Shown: positions 1-9,032 of the stretch, one piece after another | How the letters are laid out: every line of letters starts with the position of its first letter | Numbering within the stretch: position 1 is the stretch's first letter | Virus record (IMG/VR): IMGVR_UViG_3300045988_183134 | Coordinates: 32,001 to 96,000 of that record | DNA: 64,000 bases | Strand: one strand, 5' to 3' | From: a virus | Translations under genes and position numbers: made by a program | The notes under the pieces: generated by a model | Told to the model about the DNA's origin: nothing | What the model saw: the letters and a program-made list of their open reading frames with translations, nothing else | Databases searched by the model: none

Positions 1-2
1 AA

Positions 3-719
3 GTCTATTTCGTCGCCGAAACCCCCGATATCAACAAAGTTATCGAAATCTTCCTACCTAAGGATGACCGCGGCACCATTATGGATTCACACGAAATCCG
101 TGTGGACCTGTGCCGTGCCGTCATTCACATGGAGAAGAAGGGTGTCCGTGTCTTGAAGGTCCGCAACATTGAGGATACCAACAAGGCAAGCATCGACATC
201 TGGCACATGCCGGAATATCAGGAGGCTGCAGAGTCTCCCGTAAGCGATGTGGTCAATGCCTGCATTGAGTCCTGCTTTGATTCCGGTGCAATGTTCAATC
301 TGCCATGCAAAGCCAACCGCAAAACCCATGAAGTTTTTGCTGTCGAATGCTGCGCAAGCCCCGATGATGATGACTCGTTCAGTTATGCAGAAGTGAAAAT
401 CAACGGCAAGGATTATCCTATCAATTTTATTGACGATATTCTTCTCGAAAACAATGTTGATGATGCGCTGGATGAGTTTTATAGAATTCAGCAGACAGGC
501 GAGTATTGGCAGCCTGATGGCAACAAAACGCTGGATGATGCCATTCACGAATGTCGTTGGGCTATCCTGAAGGATGCCATCCAGAAGCGCGGACATGAGG
601 CTGTTGCTGATTTTGTCGGGACCGACATTTCCAGCGATACTTACGACCGCGTGATGGATGAAACCGAAGCCCAAATGCCGGACGAAGAGTTCGAGCGCTT
701 CTGGGAAAAGTACATCTAA
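3..719 (+). CDS. hypothetical acidic protein, probably 5'-partial
   Basis: Track ORF 81..719. The same frame stays open back to nt 3 and no SD precedes ATG81, so the gene likely starts upstream of the window. Confidence 0.5.
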   Translation, partial: VYFVAETPDINKVIEIFLPKDDRGTIMDSHEIRVDLCRAVIHMEKKGVRVLKVRNIEDTNKASIDIWHMPEYQEAAESPVSDVVNACIESCFDSGAMFNLPCKANRKTHEVFAVECCASPDDDDSFSYAEVKINGKDYPINFIDDILLENNVDDALDEFYRIQQTGEYWQPDGNKTLDDAIHECRWAILKDAIQKRGHEAVADFVGTDISSDTYDRVMDETEAQMPDEEFERFWEKYI

Positions 720-754
720 GAAACATCTCACACACAGAAAGGGAGCATATTACT

Positions 755-1081
755 ATGGCTATTTTCAATACCAACGAATTTCTCCACAAAACCTTCAGCA
801 AGACCATCTTTGGTACTGCTGCACTTCGTCCGGAAGCAGTTTGTGCAGACGGCTTCACCCTGTCGATTCAGGCAAGCGGCATGCACTACTGCATACCGAA
901 CGAAGACCTGTCGGACGGCAATTACTCTAAGGTCGAACTCAGCTACTTGTCTGAGGAGGTCGAAGAGTTTCTGCCGTTTGCTGAAGACGACGAGGCACCG
1001 CTGGCTACGGTCTACGGGTATGTGCCCGTAGAAACCGTAGAAGCGGTTCTGGCCAAGCATGGCGGCATCGTCAACGTTTAG
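755..1081 (+). CDS. hypothetical protein
   Basis: Track ORF. SD GAAAGGGAG lies ~8 nt upstream of ATG. TAG stop. Confidence 0.7.
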   Translation: MAIFNTNEFLHKTFSKTIFGTAALRPEAVCADGFTLSIQASGMHYCIPNEDLSDGNYSKVELSYLSEEVEEFLPFAEDDEAPLATVYGYVPVETVEAVLAKHGGIVNV

Positions 1082-1096
1082 GAAGGAGGAATACCA

Positions 1097-1426
1097 ATGC
1101 TAAAGACTTTCACTATCGTCGCCAATGAGGTCATTGGCTTATCCGCAACGGAATGCACACTGATTCAGTTTAGCTACAATCCGGAGCAAATCCGTGACCC
1201 CGAAACGGTCCTGCGCAGTGCTGTCATGGACTATCTCAAGACGGATGAAGGCAAACGACAGCTGGAAATCAACTGTGGTTGCTGGAACTGGGGCGATGTC
1301 GATGACATTCCCGGCTCGTTCTTCTTGAACTATGGTCTGACTAAAATCGCTCCGCCGGATGTGAATGTTGTCGTCGACCGCAACGAGAACTTCATGGACG
1401 ACTACGAGGATTGCGAGGAAGAATAA
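1097..1426 (+). CDS. hypothetical acidic protein
   Basis: Track ORF. SD GGAAGGAGG lies 8 nt upstream. Confidence 0.75.
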   Translation: MLKTFTIVANEVIGLSATECTLIQFSYNPEQIRDPETVLRSAVMDYLKTDEGKRQLEINCGCWNWGDVDDIPGSFFLNYGLTKIAPPDVNVVVDRNENFMDDYEDCEEE

Positions 1427-1444
1427 CAGAAAGGGCATGGAAAA

Positions 1445-2185
1445 ATGCGTATTTATAGCGCAAACAACGTATTCATAGAAGTTACGCGCCGGTGCAATAT
1501 GTGCTGTGCGCACTGCCTGCGCGGAGATGCCGAAAGCATCGATATTCAGGAGAAGTACATCGATGCTTTTCTCGACAGCTTTGAGAAGGGAGCTTATATC
1601 AGCTCTCTTACCTTTACCGGTGGGGAAATCTCTCTGAATATACCGGCAATTCGATACACCTTGAAAGCTGTCAAAGAGCGCGGTATCGCCGTTGGAAGCT
1701 TTTACATGGTCACTAACGGAAAAGCTGTCGATAAGATGGCTGACCTTGCTATGGCGAGTCTGGAGTGGTGGGCCTACTGCGATGAAAAAGATGACTATAT
1801 GTGCGGTCTTTGCATCAGCAGTGATAACTTCCACGAAGTAATCCCATATGAAAGTAAAAGTATCCTTAGTGGCTTGAAATATAACCGTAACGATAAGGTA
1901 ACGGACTTTCATCTGGCTTATTTACTGAACGAAGGGCGTGCTAAGAATCTCGATTCGAATATCTATAAGAAGCGTGAACCTCATGTAGACAAGCTCGAAT
2001 ACGAATTCAACAAAACCGGCGATATCGACTTTTACAGCGGCGAGCTGTACTTGAACGCCATCGGTGATGTCGTTTCCGGCTGCGATTGGTCCTACAAGTC
2101 GCAGAAGAAATATCGTTTTGGTAATGTAATGAACAAAAACTGGCTGGAGAACATTTCCAACAGCGAGTTGTACATTGCAAGCTAA
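1445..2185 (+). CDS. radical SAM domain protein
   Basis: CNMCCAHC (CxxxCxxC Fe-S motif) at aa 17-24, preceded by FIEVTRRC. Followed by terminator 2205-2238. Confidence 0.75.
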   Translation: MRIYSANNVFIEVTRRCNMCCAHCLRGDAESIDIQEKYIDAFLDSFEKGAYISSLTFTGGEISLNIPAIRYTLKAVKERGIAVGSFYMVTNGKAVDKMADLAMASLEWWAYCDEKDDYMCGLCISSDNFHEVIPYESKSILSGLKYNRNDKVTDFHLAYLLNEGRAKNLDSNIYKKREPHVDKLEYEFNKTGDIDFYSGELYLNAIGDVVSGCDWSYKSQKKYRFGNVMNKNWLENISNSELYIAS

Positions 2186-2255
2186 ACCATATCACTTATA
2201 CATTGCCACTGTTTTCCTACAGAAACGGTGGCTTTTTTAGAAAAGGAGACCACAA

Positions 2256-3689
2256 ATGACTGAAACAAAAGACATGTTTGAACAAATCAGCGCCATCTTA
2301 ACCGATAAGAAAGATAAGCCGTTTTCCTATGAGGAGCTTGCAGCAATGCTCAAAACTGACCCTGATGCCCTCAAAACCTTTGATGAGGTCTATAAGACAC
2401 AGGTTCTTGAAAGCGGAGAGCTGCATGAAAATATGCTCCAGTGGGATACAGCTACAGTCAAAGCAATTCTCGACAAAAAGGTCTACTTCCCACCGGAACT
2501 CAATTCGCTCATTGACCGCATCGTCACAGAACTGGTGCTTGAAACGCGTCTGTACATCTACAACGCGGAACGCGGTGGCTATTATGTGACATACTCTGCC
2601 AACCGCGACTTTATGACAGAGGTTACAAACGAGGAGTTGAAACGCTACCCCGAAGAACTCCGTCCGCAGCTCACCGGAAAGTTGATGAAGATTGACATTT
2701 CTGAGCCGTCGTACAAGGAACTGCTTCAAAACTACGCAGGCTACAAGAATGCAAAGAACGACAGCACAAAAATGTTCTACTACAACATGTTCCGTCAAGG
2801 TCTTGACATCCTCGACCTTGATGACTTCACTTATCAGATGCTTGAGATGAACCCCAACTCTATGGGCTTCTGGTTTCCTCCTCTGGTAGAGGGATTGTAC
2901 GGCAGCGCATTTTTCAAGGTTCCGGACACAAAAATTCTTCGCGTACCTATCACCATGCTGCAGCTTACCCGCCTTGGTTTCGAGACGTTGAATCCCGTTA
3001 CAAAGGAAATCGTGAACCGTTATTGCCAGAAAGTCTTCCATCTTGATGGATACGAAGACTATTTTATCAAAACGGGCACGTATTCTTCCAAATACGAATT
3101 CCGCAACGCTCATATCCATAACCCGAAGGAAATCAATGAGATGGGCGAGTATTTCTTGTTTTTGAATCATCTGACATGCTCGATGGCATCCCCTCTGAAC
3201 AATCGCTGCTTCTACGGCGCGAACACCACGAACGAGTGGGTCGTCAGAGAATACATCAAGGACAAAGAAAATAACCCCACCATCTACAACGGTTTGCCGC
3301 TGCACACTGAATATCGCGTGTTTGTGAATTTTGATACAAAGGAAATCCTTGGCGCAAGTCCTTATTGGCGCAGCGATGTTATGAAGAACGAATTCAAAAA
3401 AGTCAGCAGCCCACAGGAACGCCATGATTATGTTGTCTACAAGATGCATGAAGACATTCTGAACCAGCGTTACCACGAAAGCGTTCAAACTGTTCTGGCT
3501 GAGCTGAAGAAGGTTATTCCTCGCATTGAGTTGACAGGGCAGTGGAGCGTCGATGTAATGCGCAACGGCAATGATTACTACATCATTGATATGGCTCTTG
3601 CTGAGAATTCCGCTCTGAATGACTGCGTACCGAAAAATCTGCTTCGCGCTTATCCTCAGCAGTGGCTGCCGGGTGAATCGAACAGCTGA
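2256..3689 (+). CDS. ATP-grasp fold enzyme (phage R2K-like)
   Basis: Ordered ATP-grasp-like motifs: FIKTGTYSSK, WVVREYI, EYRVFV, and SVDVM...YYIIDMALAENS near the C-terminus. Confidence 0.55.
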   Translation: MTETKDMFEQISAILTDKKDKPFSYEELAAMLKTDPDALKTFDEVYKTQVLESGELHENMLQWDTATVKAILDKKVYFPPELNSLIDRIVTELVLETRLYIYNAERGGYYVTYSANRDFMTEVTNEELKRYPEELRPQLTGKLMKIDISEPSYKELLQNYAGYKNAKNDSTKMFYYNMFRQGLDILDLDDFTYQMLEMNPNSMGFWFPPLVEGLYGSAFFKVPDTKILRVPITMLQLTRLGFETLNPVTKEIVNRYCQKVFHLDGYEDYFIKTGTYSSKYEFRNAHIHNPKEINEMGEYFLFLNHLTCSMASPLNNRCFYGANTTNEWVVREYIKDKENNPTIYNGLPLHTEYRVFVNFDTKEILGASPYWRSDVMKNEFKKVSSPQERHDYVVYKMHEDILNQRYHESVQTVLAELKKVIPRIELTGQWSVDVMRNGNDYYIIDMALAENSALNDCVPKNLLRAYPQQWLPGESNS

Positions 3690-3810
3690 TACTCCTAGAA
3701 CGAAACTTTGATTCGGGTTCTTTCAGCAAAAAGCGTAGGAACCAAAATCATACGAAATGATTGTGTTGACACATAAAAACAAGTATAATATATGCAAGGA
3801 AGTGATAATA

Positions 3811-4263
3811 ATGGTTCTGTATCATGGCAGCGATGTAATAGTCCGCAACCCTGAGGTCAGAAAAACAAGGTACGCCAAAGATTTTTCATGGGGATTCTAT
3901 TGCACTAGCAACTACGAACAAGCCGCTCGCTGGTCAAAAAAAGGCAGGTCTCGTGGTATTGTCAACGTGTTTGAATATACAGAATCTCCCATGCTAAATA
4001 TTAAGAAATTCCCCGAAATGAGTGATGAGTGGCTTGATTTTATTGCTATATGTCGCTCGGGCAAACATCATGACTATGATATTGTGGAAGGACCCATGGC
4101 GGATGACACCATTTGGAACTACGTCAACGACTTTCTAAGCGGTGATATTAGCCGTGAAGCTTTTTGGGCGTTGGCAAAATTCAAGCATCCCACGCATCAA
4201 ATCAGCTTTCACACGGAAGTCGCTTTGAAATGTCTCTCTTTTAAGGAGGCGATTGAAGTATGA
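3811..4263 (+). CDS. DUF3990 family protein
   Basis: N-terminus MVLYHGSD...KDFSWGFYCTSNYEQAARW matches the remembered DUF3990 signature. Start moved to ATG3811, which has an AAGGA SD. Confidence 0.7.
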   Translation: MVLYHGSDVIVRNPEVRKTRYAKDFSWGFYCTSNYEQAARWSKKGRSRGIVNVFEYTESPMLNIKKFPEMSDEWLDFIAICRSGKHHDYDIVEGPMADDTIWNYVNDFLSGDISREAFWALAKFKHPTHQISFHTEVALKCLSFKEAIEV

Positions 4264-4709
4264 CTGAAACTGCAACCTACAGCAAAAACGATGTCTTTTA
4301 TACCTGCAGCCTGATTGAATATATCGGCCGCGTTACGAGGAATCATCGCAAGGATGTGGTTTCTGCTCTTGGCACAAACGGAGTCAAGGCAATTCTCGAC
4401 TCAGCGGATGTGTTTCACTGCCAGAGCTTTGAGCAATCTGCCGATGAAATTTGTGAGCTTTTTCCTGTGCCGGAAGGAACGTATGATACGGTGTCTAACT
4501 GCCACTACAAGGTTCCATCTTATACAGATATCGGAAAAGTGTACCAGCGCATCATCTTTGACTGTACTAGCACTCCTGGTGTCCAGGATGTAATTGATGT
4601 ATTTTCCTCGTTCATTAGCGATGACATCTCAGATTTTAATACTGCAACTTACTATTGTAATCCGAGCTATTTGTACCACTCATACAAGGCCGGAAAACTA
4701 CTGGATTGA
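4260..4709 (+). CDS. DUF3791 family protein (usual partner of DUF3990)
   Basis: ATGA overlap with the upstream gene. DUF3990/DUF3791 gene order is typical of Firmicutes. Terminator at 4722-4760. Confidence 0.55.
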   Translation: MTETATYSKNDVFYTCSLIEYIGRVTRNHRKDVVSALGTNGVKAILDSADVFHCQSFEQSADEICELFPVPEGTYDTVSNCHYKVPSYTDIGKVYQRIIFDCTSTPGVQDVIDVFSSFISDDISDFNTATYYCNPSYLYHSYKAGKLLD

Positions 4710-4947
4710 TTTTCAAAAGCAATAGCAATCAAGACCACTGCCCCAAAAAGGGTGGTGGTCTTATTTTTTTGCACAATACTTACCATAAATTACCAGAAAG
4801 AAAAACATTGTGCATCTGTGCGAATTGCATATAATACAAAATATAGAACGAAAGGCATCAAAAAACATCGTTGGTCGGGCAAAATCCGACCGAAAGGCTA
4901 GGGCGGGCTCAGTTTTGAACCTGCTCTTTCTTTTTATCGGAGGCTTT

Positions 4948-5475
4948 ATGTCAAACAAAGAAGAACGCATGAACCGCAATAAAAGCATCATCGAAGATTA
5001 CAAAAATAGAAAGCCGATTTTAGAAATCGCGAGGGAATATAATCTTTCAGAAACGATGTGCTACAAGATTCTAAAAGGTACGCAGGAGCCGCCTCGTTAT
5101 TTTGAAAAAAAGAGGAAGAGACTTACCACTCGAAATGAGCAAATTGTTAAACAGTATAAAGGCGGTATGACGGCCAGAGAATTGGGCAAGATGTACGGCA
5201 TTTCCATGCAGCGTATTTATGCAATCTTGCATTCGAGCGGAGAGTACGAAAGCCAAAAATACAATCATATTGAAACGGCTCTCAAAAAAGAGAAAAAGAT
5301 GCGGAACCAAACTTTTCTTGATGCTTACAAGAAAAATCCTCGAAAATCGATTATCGAGTTGAGCAGGGAGGTAAATATCAGCCCTTCACTAGGTTACCTT
5401 ATCCTTCATCAAAATGGGATTTACCAGTATAACGTAAAAGCCAGAGCTAAGGAGAATAGCGAAAATGCCGATTAA
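4948..5475 (+). CDS. DNA-binding protein with 3 tandem HTH modules
   Basis: Repeats such as ILEIAREYNLSETMCYKIL, ARELGKMYGISMQRIYAIL and IIELSREVNISPSLGYLIL. SD GGAGG before ATG4948. Confidence 0.7.
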   Translation: MSNKEERMNRNKSIIEDYKNRKPILEIAREYNLSETMCYKILKGTQEPPRYFEKKRKRLTTRNEQIVKQYKGGMTARELGKMYGISMQRIYAILHSSGEYESQKYNHIETALKKEKKMRNQTFLDAYKKNPRKSIIELSREVNISPSLGYLILHQNGIYQYNVKARAKENSENAD

Positions 5476-5983
5476 CAAGATTACCCACGTGTGTCTAACT
5501 CATGACAAAGTCAGGGCACGAAATGAAAAGATGCTGGAGGATGCCAAGAACGGTATGTCCCAGGAACAGCTGGCCGAAAAGTATCAAATCTGTGTTTCTA
5601 CTGTCCGATATAGTCTGAAGGACTTTTACGAAGAACAGGCCCGGCAGAGAAAAGCAAAGAAGAAAGCCTGGCAAACCCAGATGATTCATGAATATGAGAT
5701 GGGCGCAAAATCTCCGGAGCTTCAGGAAAAATACGGCATCAGTGGAACGCTCTTTTATCGGATTCTTCATGCGCACGGAAAGAATGGCCGACAAATCCAC
5801 AGCCAAAACCGTATCGAGACCGGCAAGAAAAGAAACGCCGAGATGGTCAGGAAATACAAGAACGGCGTTTCTGTCAAAGAGCTTGCGGAAGAATACGGGC
5901 TCAAAAAGGGAAGCGTATATCGCGCCATGAAGCGGTATAGTCCAGGCCCAGGGGAAAGTAAAAGTTGTCAAAGTGAGGAATAA
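5465..5983 (+). CDS. DNA-binding protein with 3 tandem HTH modules (paralog)
   Basis: Repeats QEQLAEKYQICVSTVRYSL, SPELQEKYGISGTLFYRIL and VKELAEEYGLKKGSVYRAM. SD AAGGAG upstream. Confidence 0.7.
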   Translation: MPINKITHVCLTHDKVRARNEKMLEDAKNGMSQEQLAEKYQICVSTVRYSLKDFYEEQARQRKAKKKAWQTQMIHEYEMGAKSPELQEKYGISGTLFYRILHAHGKNGRQIHSQNRIETGKKRNAEMVRKYKNGVSVKELAEEYGLKKGSVYRAMKRYSPGPGESKSCQSEE

Positions 5984-5987
5984 TTGC

Positions 5988-6941
5988 ATGGCTGCATCAA
6001 AGAAAGATGTTGCGAAGCAGCAGGTCAAAGAAGACCGCGAAAAGGTTCGGGAAATGTATCTTTCTGGCAAAACTGTCAAGGAAATCGCCAAGGAAACGTA
6101 TTTTTCAAGCTCTTATTGCTATGCCATGGTGAGAGACCTAGCAAAAGAAAAGAATCTTGCAAAGAAAGCAAAAAGAGCACCTCTCAACGAAGCTATGATT
6201 CAAGATGCGAAAGCCGGGATGACGGTTGCTGAAATCGCAAAGAAGCATGGCGTGACTTATCAGCAGTGCTACTATACTGTTTCTGAATACGCTCAAGCTA
6301 CGATTAAGAAGAACAAGAAAAAGCAGTCTGCTGCCACGAAAGTTCGCAATGCGGCTATGTTGGAAGATGCGAAAGCCGGAATGACTGATAAGGAAATCGC
6401 CAAAAAATACTTTTTGTCTCGAAGCAGTGTCCGTACCGTCCTTGCAGGGCATTTACATACAAATTCCAAAAAGTTGGATGAAAGGCGCAAGGCGATTCTT
6501 GCGGATTATGAGGCAGGAACGTCCTCAAAAGACATCTGTGAGAAATACGGTATTTCAAAATCCACTCTTTACAAGGACATGCGCCAAGTTGAAAAAACCT
6601 GTCAGGAATACTATCACAAGGCGCTGAAAGACAAGACCAATCAAAGGAATTCCGATATTCGAAGCAAAATCGAAAGAGGGGTCTCGGTCAGCACTATTGC
6701 CAAGGAATACGGAATCTCTAAAACGGCGATTTATGAAACGTTTCATCAGGAAAATGTCAGAGCTGGAATTTTACAGAAACGCGGCCGTCCGCGAAAAAAC
6801 ACGGAACGTAATGCACTGATTGCTAAACGCCACAGGGAAGGCGAGAAGGTGCAGGCGCTTGCCACTGAATATAATCTCTCTGTTTCGACGGTAAACACTA
6901 TTTGCAGTAGAAACAAAAATCAGAATATAACCTCATATTAA
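5988..6941 (+). CDS. DNA-binding protein with 6 tandem HTH modules (paralog)
   Basis: Six ~50-aa repeats of pattern R..I...y..G.s..eIAkeYgiS.stvY. SD GTGAGGA before ATG5988. Terminator at 6943-6972. Confidence 0.7.
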   Translation: MAASKKDVAKQQVKEDREKVREMYLSGKTVKEIAKETYFSSSYCYAMVRDLAKEKNLAKKAKRAPLNEAMIQDAKAGMTVAEIAKKHGVTYQQCYYTVSEYAQATIKKNKKKQSAATKVRNAAMLEDAKAGMTDKEIAKKYFLSRSSVRTVLAGHLHTNSKKLDERRKAILADYEAGTSSKDICEKYGISKSTLYKDMRQVEKTCQEYYHKALKDKTNQRNSDIRSKIERGVSVSTIAKEYGISKTAIYETFHQENVRAGILQKRGRPRKNTERNALIAKRHREGEKVQALATEYNLSVSTVNTICSRNKNQNITSY

Positions 6942-6986
6942 CAGGCTGCCATTTGGCGGCCTATTTCTTTTTTAGGAGGAAATGAA

Positions 6987-7901
6987 ATGACAGACGACGT
7001 ACGTAATTTAATTCGATTTGTGGTGGATGGCGATATTCGTAACGCGCAGACTCAGTGCCGAATCATGCTTGAAAAGAATGTACCCGAAAAGGACGCCAGG
7101 TTCAAAGAAAACGAACTCAGAAAGTTGAATCTTCTGAAACCGGAACTGATTCAGCTGCCCGCCAACCTGGAAAACCTCTTGATTGCGGAGGATGCCACGA
7201 ATTTCCCTGAGAGCCGGTTCCTGCTCCGCGAGGAGGAAGAAACAGTCATCAACAAGCTCTTGGCCACCAGAAAAGCAGCTTTAGCCATCAAGGAGCTTGG
7301 CATCCACTATACTTGCTCTTTGCTTTTGACGGGCCTTCCTGGTGTTGGTAAGACTGAATTGGCCCGCTACATTGCACACAAGGCAAATTTACCGTTTGTT
7401 TTCCTGAAATTTTCTGGCCTTGTCAATTCTGCTCTTGGCCGGACACAGCAGAACATCGGCAGAGTGTTCGATTACGCAAAGCGCACGCCCTGCGTTCTTT
7501 GTGTTGATGAAATTGATGCTATCGGAATGTGCCGTGGCGGCCGTGATGACGTCGCTGAAATGAGCCGCGTCACCATCGCATTGATGCAGGAACTTGACCG
7601 GCTCCCGAATGACGTCATTCTCATTGGCACTACAAACCGCGTCGATAACCTTGACGAAGCCCTCATTCGCCGATTCACTTTCAAACACCGCGTCAAGCCT
7701 TTAGGCGACGATGACATGAAAGAACTGTGCAAAAAGTTCCTTGCTTCGGCAGACTATCCCTTCACGGAATCCGAACTCGACGAACTCTGCCATTCGCTGC
7801 GTGAACAGCGGACGGCCAGCGCCGTTGTCAATGCCTGTACAGAACGTATCGTTGCACATATCGTATCGCAGCTGCCTGAAAATTCGACAGATGCCGTGTA
7901 A
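6987..7901 (+). CDS. AAA+ ATPase (classic AAA, FtsH/Cdc48-like module)
   Basis: Walker A GLPGVGKTELA, Walker B VLCVDEID, sensor-1 GTTN, and SRH-like LDEALIRRF. Confidence 0.85.
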   Translation: MTDDVRNLIRFVVDGDIRNAQTQCRIMLEKNVPEKDARFKENELRKLNLLKPELIQLPANLENLLIAEDATNFPESRFLLREEEETVINKLLATRKAALAIKELGIHYTCSLLLTGLPGVGKTELARYIAHKANLPFVFLKFSGLVNSALGRTQQNIGRVFDYAKRTPCVLCVDEIDAIGMCRGGRDDVAEMSRVTIALMQELDRLPNDVILIGTTNRVDNLDEALIRRFTFKHRVKPLGDDDMKELCKKFLASADYPFTESELDELCHSLREQRTASAVVNACTERIVAHIVSQLPENSTDAV

Positions 7902-7905
7902 AAGT

Positions 7906-8604
7906 ATGATAGCCTGGGAAGAAAGCCCTCGTCAGTTTAAGATGTCAAAGCAACTCGATGAGGGAAAATTCGGAGAAGACTTGGCTCGCAAATTCCTTAA
8001 CGACCCGATTATCAAAGTGAATCATGGCATTAGCCATTACGATGACGTGACTCAGGATAAATCATATCAAGACAAAGATACCGATTTCATTGTCTGGAAG
8101 AAGAATGGTAAGACCTTTGGCCTGGAAGCGAAAGTGGACAGTCACAATACCGGAAATTTCTACCTGGAAACCTCGGTAGACTACTTCTCCATGGTGCCTG
8201 ACGCTCTGTACGAACAACGGGTGGCGCGGCGGTATCGGGATGGCATCGACCCTTTATGGCACACCCCGGGCTGGGTATACAGGAGTGGTGCGGACCAGAT
8301 TCTCTATTATTTCAGAACCACGCAGCTGCTTTACATTTTCTCCCGCGTTGATGTCTGGTTCTATGCTGAAAAGCTGATGCGCGGTGGAATCCATCTCGAC
8401 CCCGGAATCAGAAAGCCAAAAATGTATTCTGCCGAAAATATAAGTGAACGCAATGGTTCCACTCTCTTCTTTGCCAACGGCTTATGCGTGAACGCCGAGC
8501 AGACATACAAGGCTTTAGGAGCTCAAAAAAGAGTCATCAAATACCAGGTTGAAAACCCTGATTCAGACGTTCCAACGTTCAGCTTTTGCCCTTTCAAATT
8601 ATGA
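7906..8604 (+). CDS. PD-(D/E)xK nuclease-fold protein
   Basis: DTDFIVW...GLEAKVD fits a D...(D/E)xK core. Start is uncertain (ATG7906 or ATG7942) and is coupled to the AAA+ gene. Confidence 0.5.
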   Translation: MIAWEESPRQFKMSKQLDEGKFGEDLARKFLNDPIIKVNHGISHYDDVTQDKSYQDKDTDFIVWKKNGKTFGLEAKVDSHNTGNFYLETSVDYFSMVPDALYEQRVARRYRDGIDPLWHTPGWVYRSGADQILYYFRTTQLLYIFSRVDVWFYAEKLMRGGIHLDPGIRKPKMYSAENISERNGSTLFFANGLCVNAEQTYKALGAQKRVIKYQVENPDSDVPTFSFCPFKL

Positions 8605-8684
8605 ATTTTTCGCTAACAATCGTCAAGAAATCACATTTCAGTTTATCGGAAGAGTATAATTGTAGTAGAAAGAGAGAAAAAAGC

Positions 8685-8894
8685 ATGAACCAAATCAACG
8701 TTGTCACGATTGGGAAACTCATTGAAGCGCATCGTGAAGGTGACGAGCAGAAGTTCAAAACTTACGTCGATTTTATTGTAAAAGCCTACGAAGAGCAGGA
8801 GAACGGCCGTGCCGCACGAATCATCCGAAGCAGCTATACGGGTGACTACGGTGAGCAGGGGAAAGTTGTTCTGGATGAAGCAAACGGACTCTGA
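8685..8894 (+). CDS. hypothetical protein
   Basis: Internal ATG of track ORF 8586..8894. A TATAAT box lies at 8655-8660 upstream. Confidence 0.5.
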   Translation: MNQINVVTIGKLIEAHREGDEQKFKTYVDFIVKAYEEQENGRAARIIRSSYTGDYGEQGKVVLDEANGL

Positions 8895-9030
8895 GGAAGA
8901 GGCCCTGCAACAGCTGCAAAAGCACGCAGCAAACTATGCACAACGTATCACGATATATAAGATAGACGGTAGAACCGTGAAACGGGAAGTTGCCGAATAC
9001 GACCAGTGGGAAAAGAAGTGGATGAGTTAA
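8875..9030 (+). CDS. hypothetical small protein (51 aa)
   Basis: Internal ATG of track ORF 8809..9030. It overlaps the upstream gene by 20 nt and has a weak SD. Confidence 0.3.
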   Translation: MKQTDSEEEALQQLQKHAANYAQRITIYKIDGRTVKREVAEYDQWEKKWMS

Positions 9031-9032
9031 TC

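Noticed and set aside
755-1426. Possible TAG read-through fusing 755..1081 with 1097..1426, which share a frame and are separated only by TAG plus 5 codons.
   Set aside because: A strong SD (GGAAGGAGG) sits at the correct distance from ATG1097, so two separate genes is the simpler reading.
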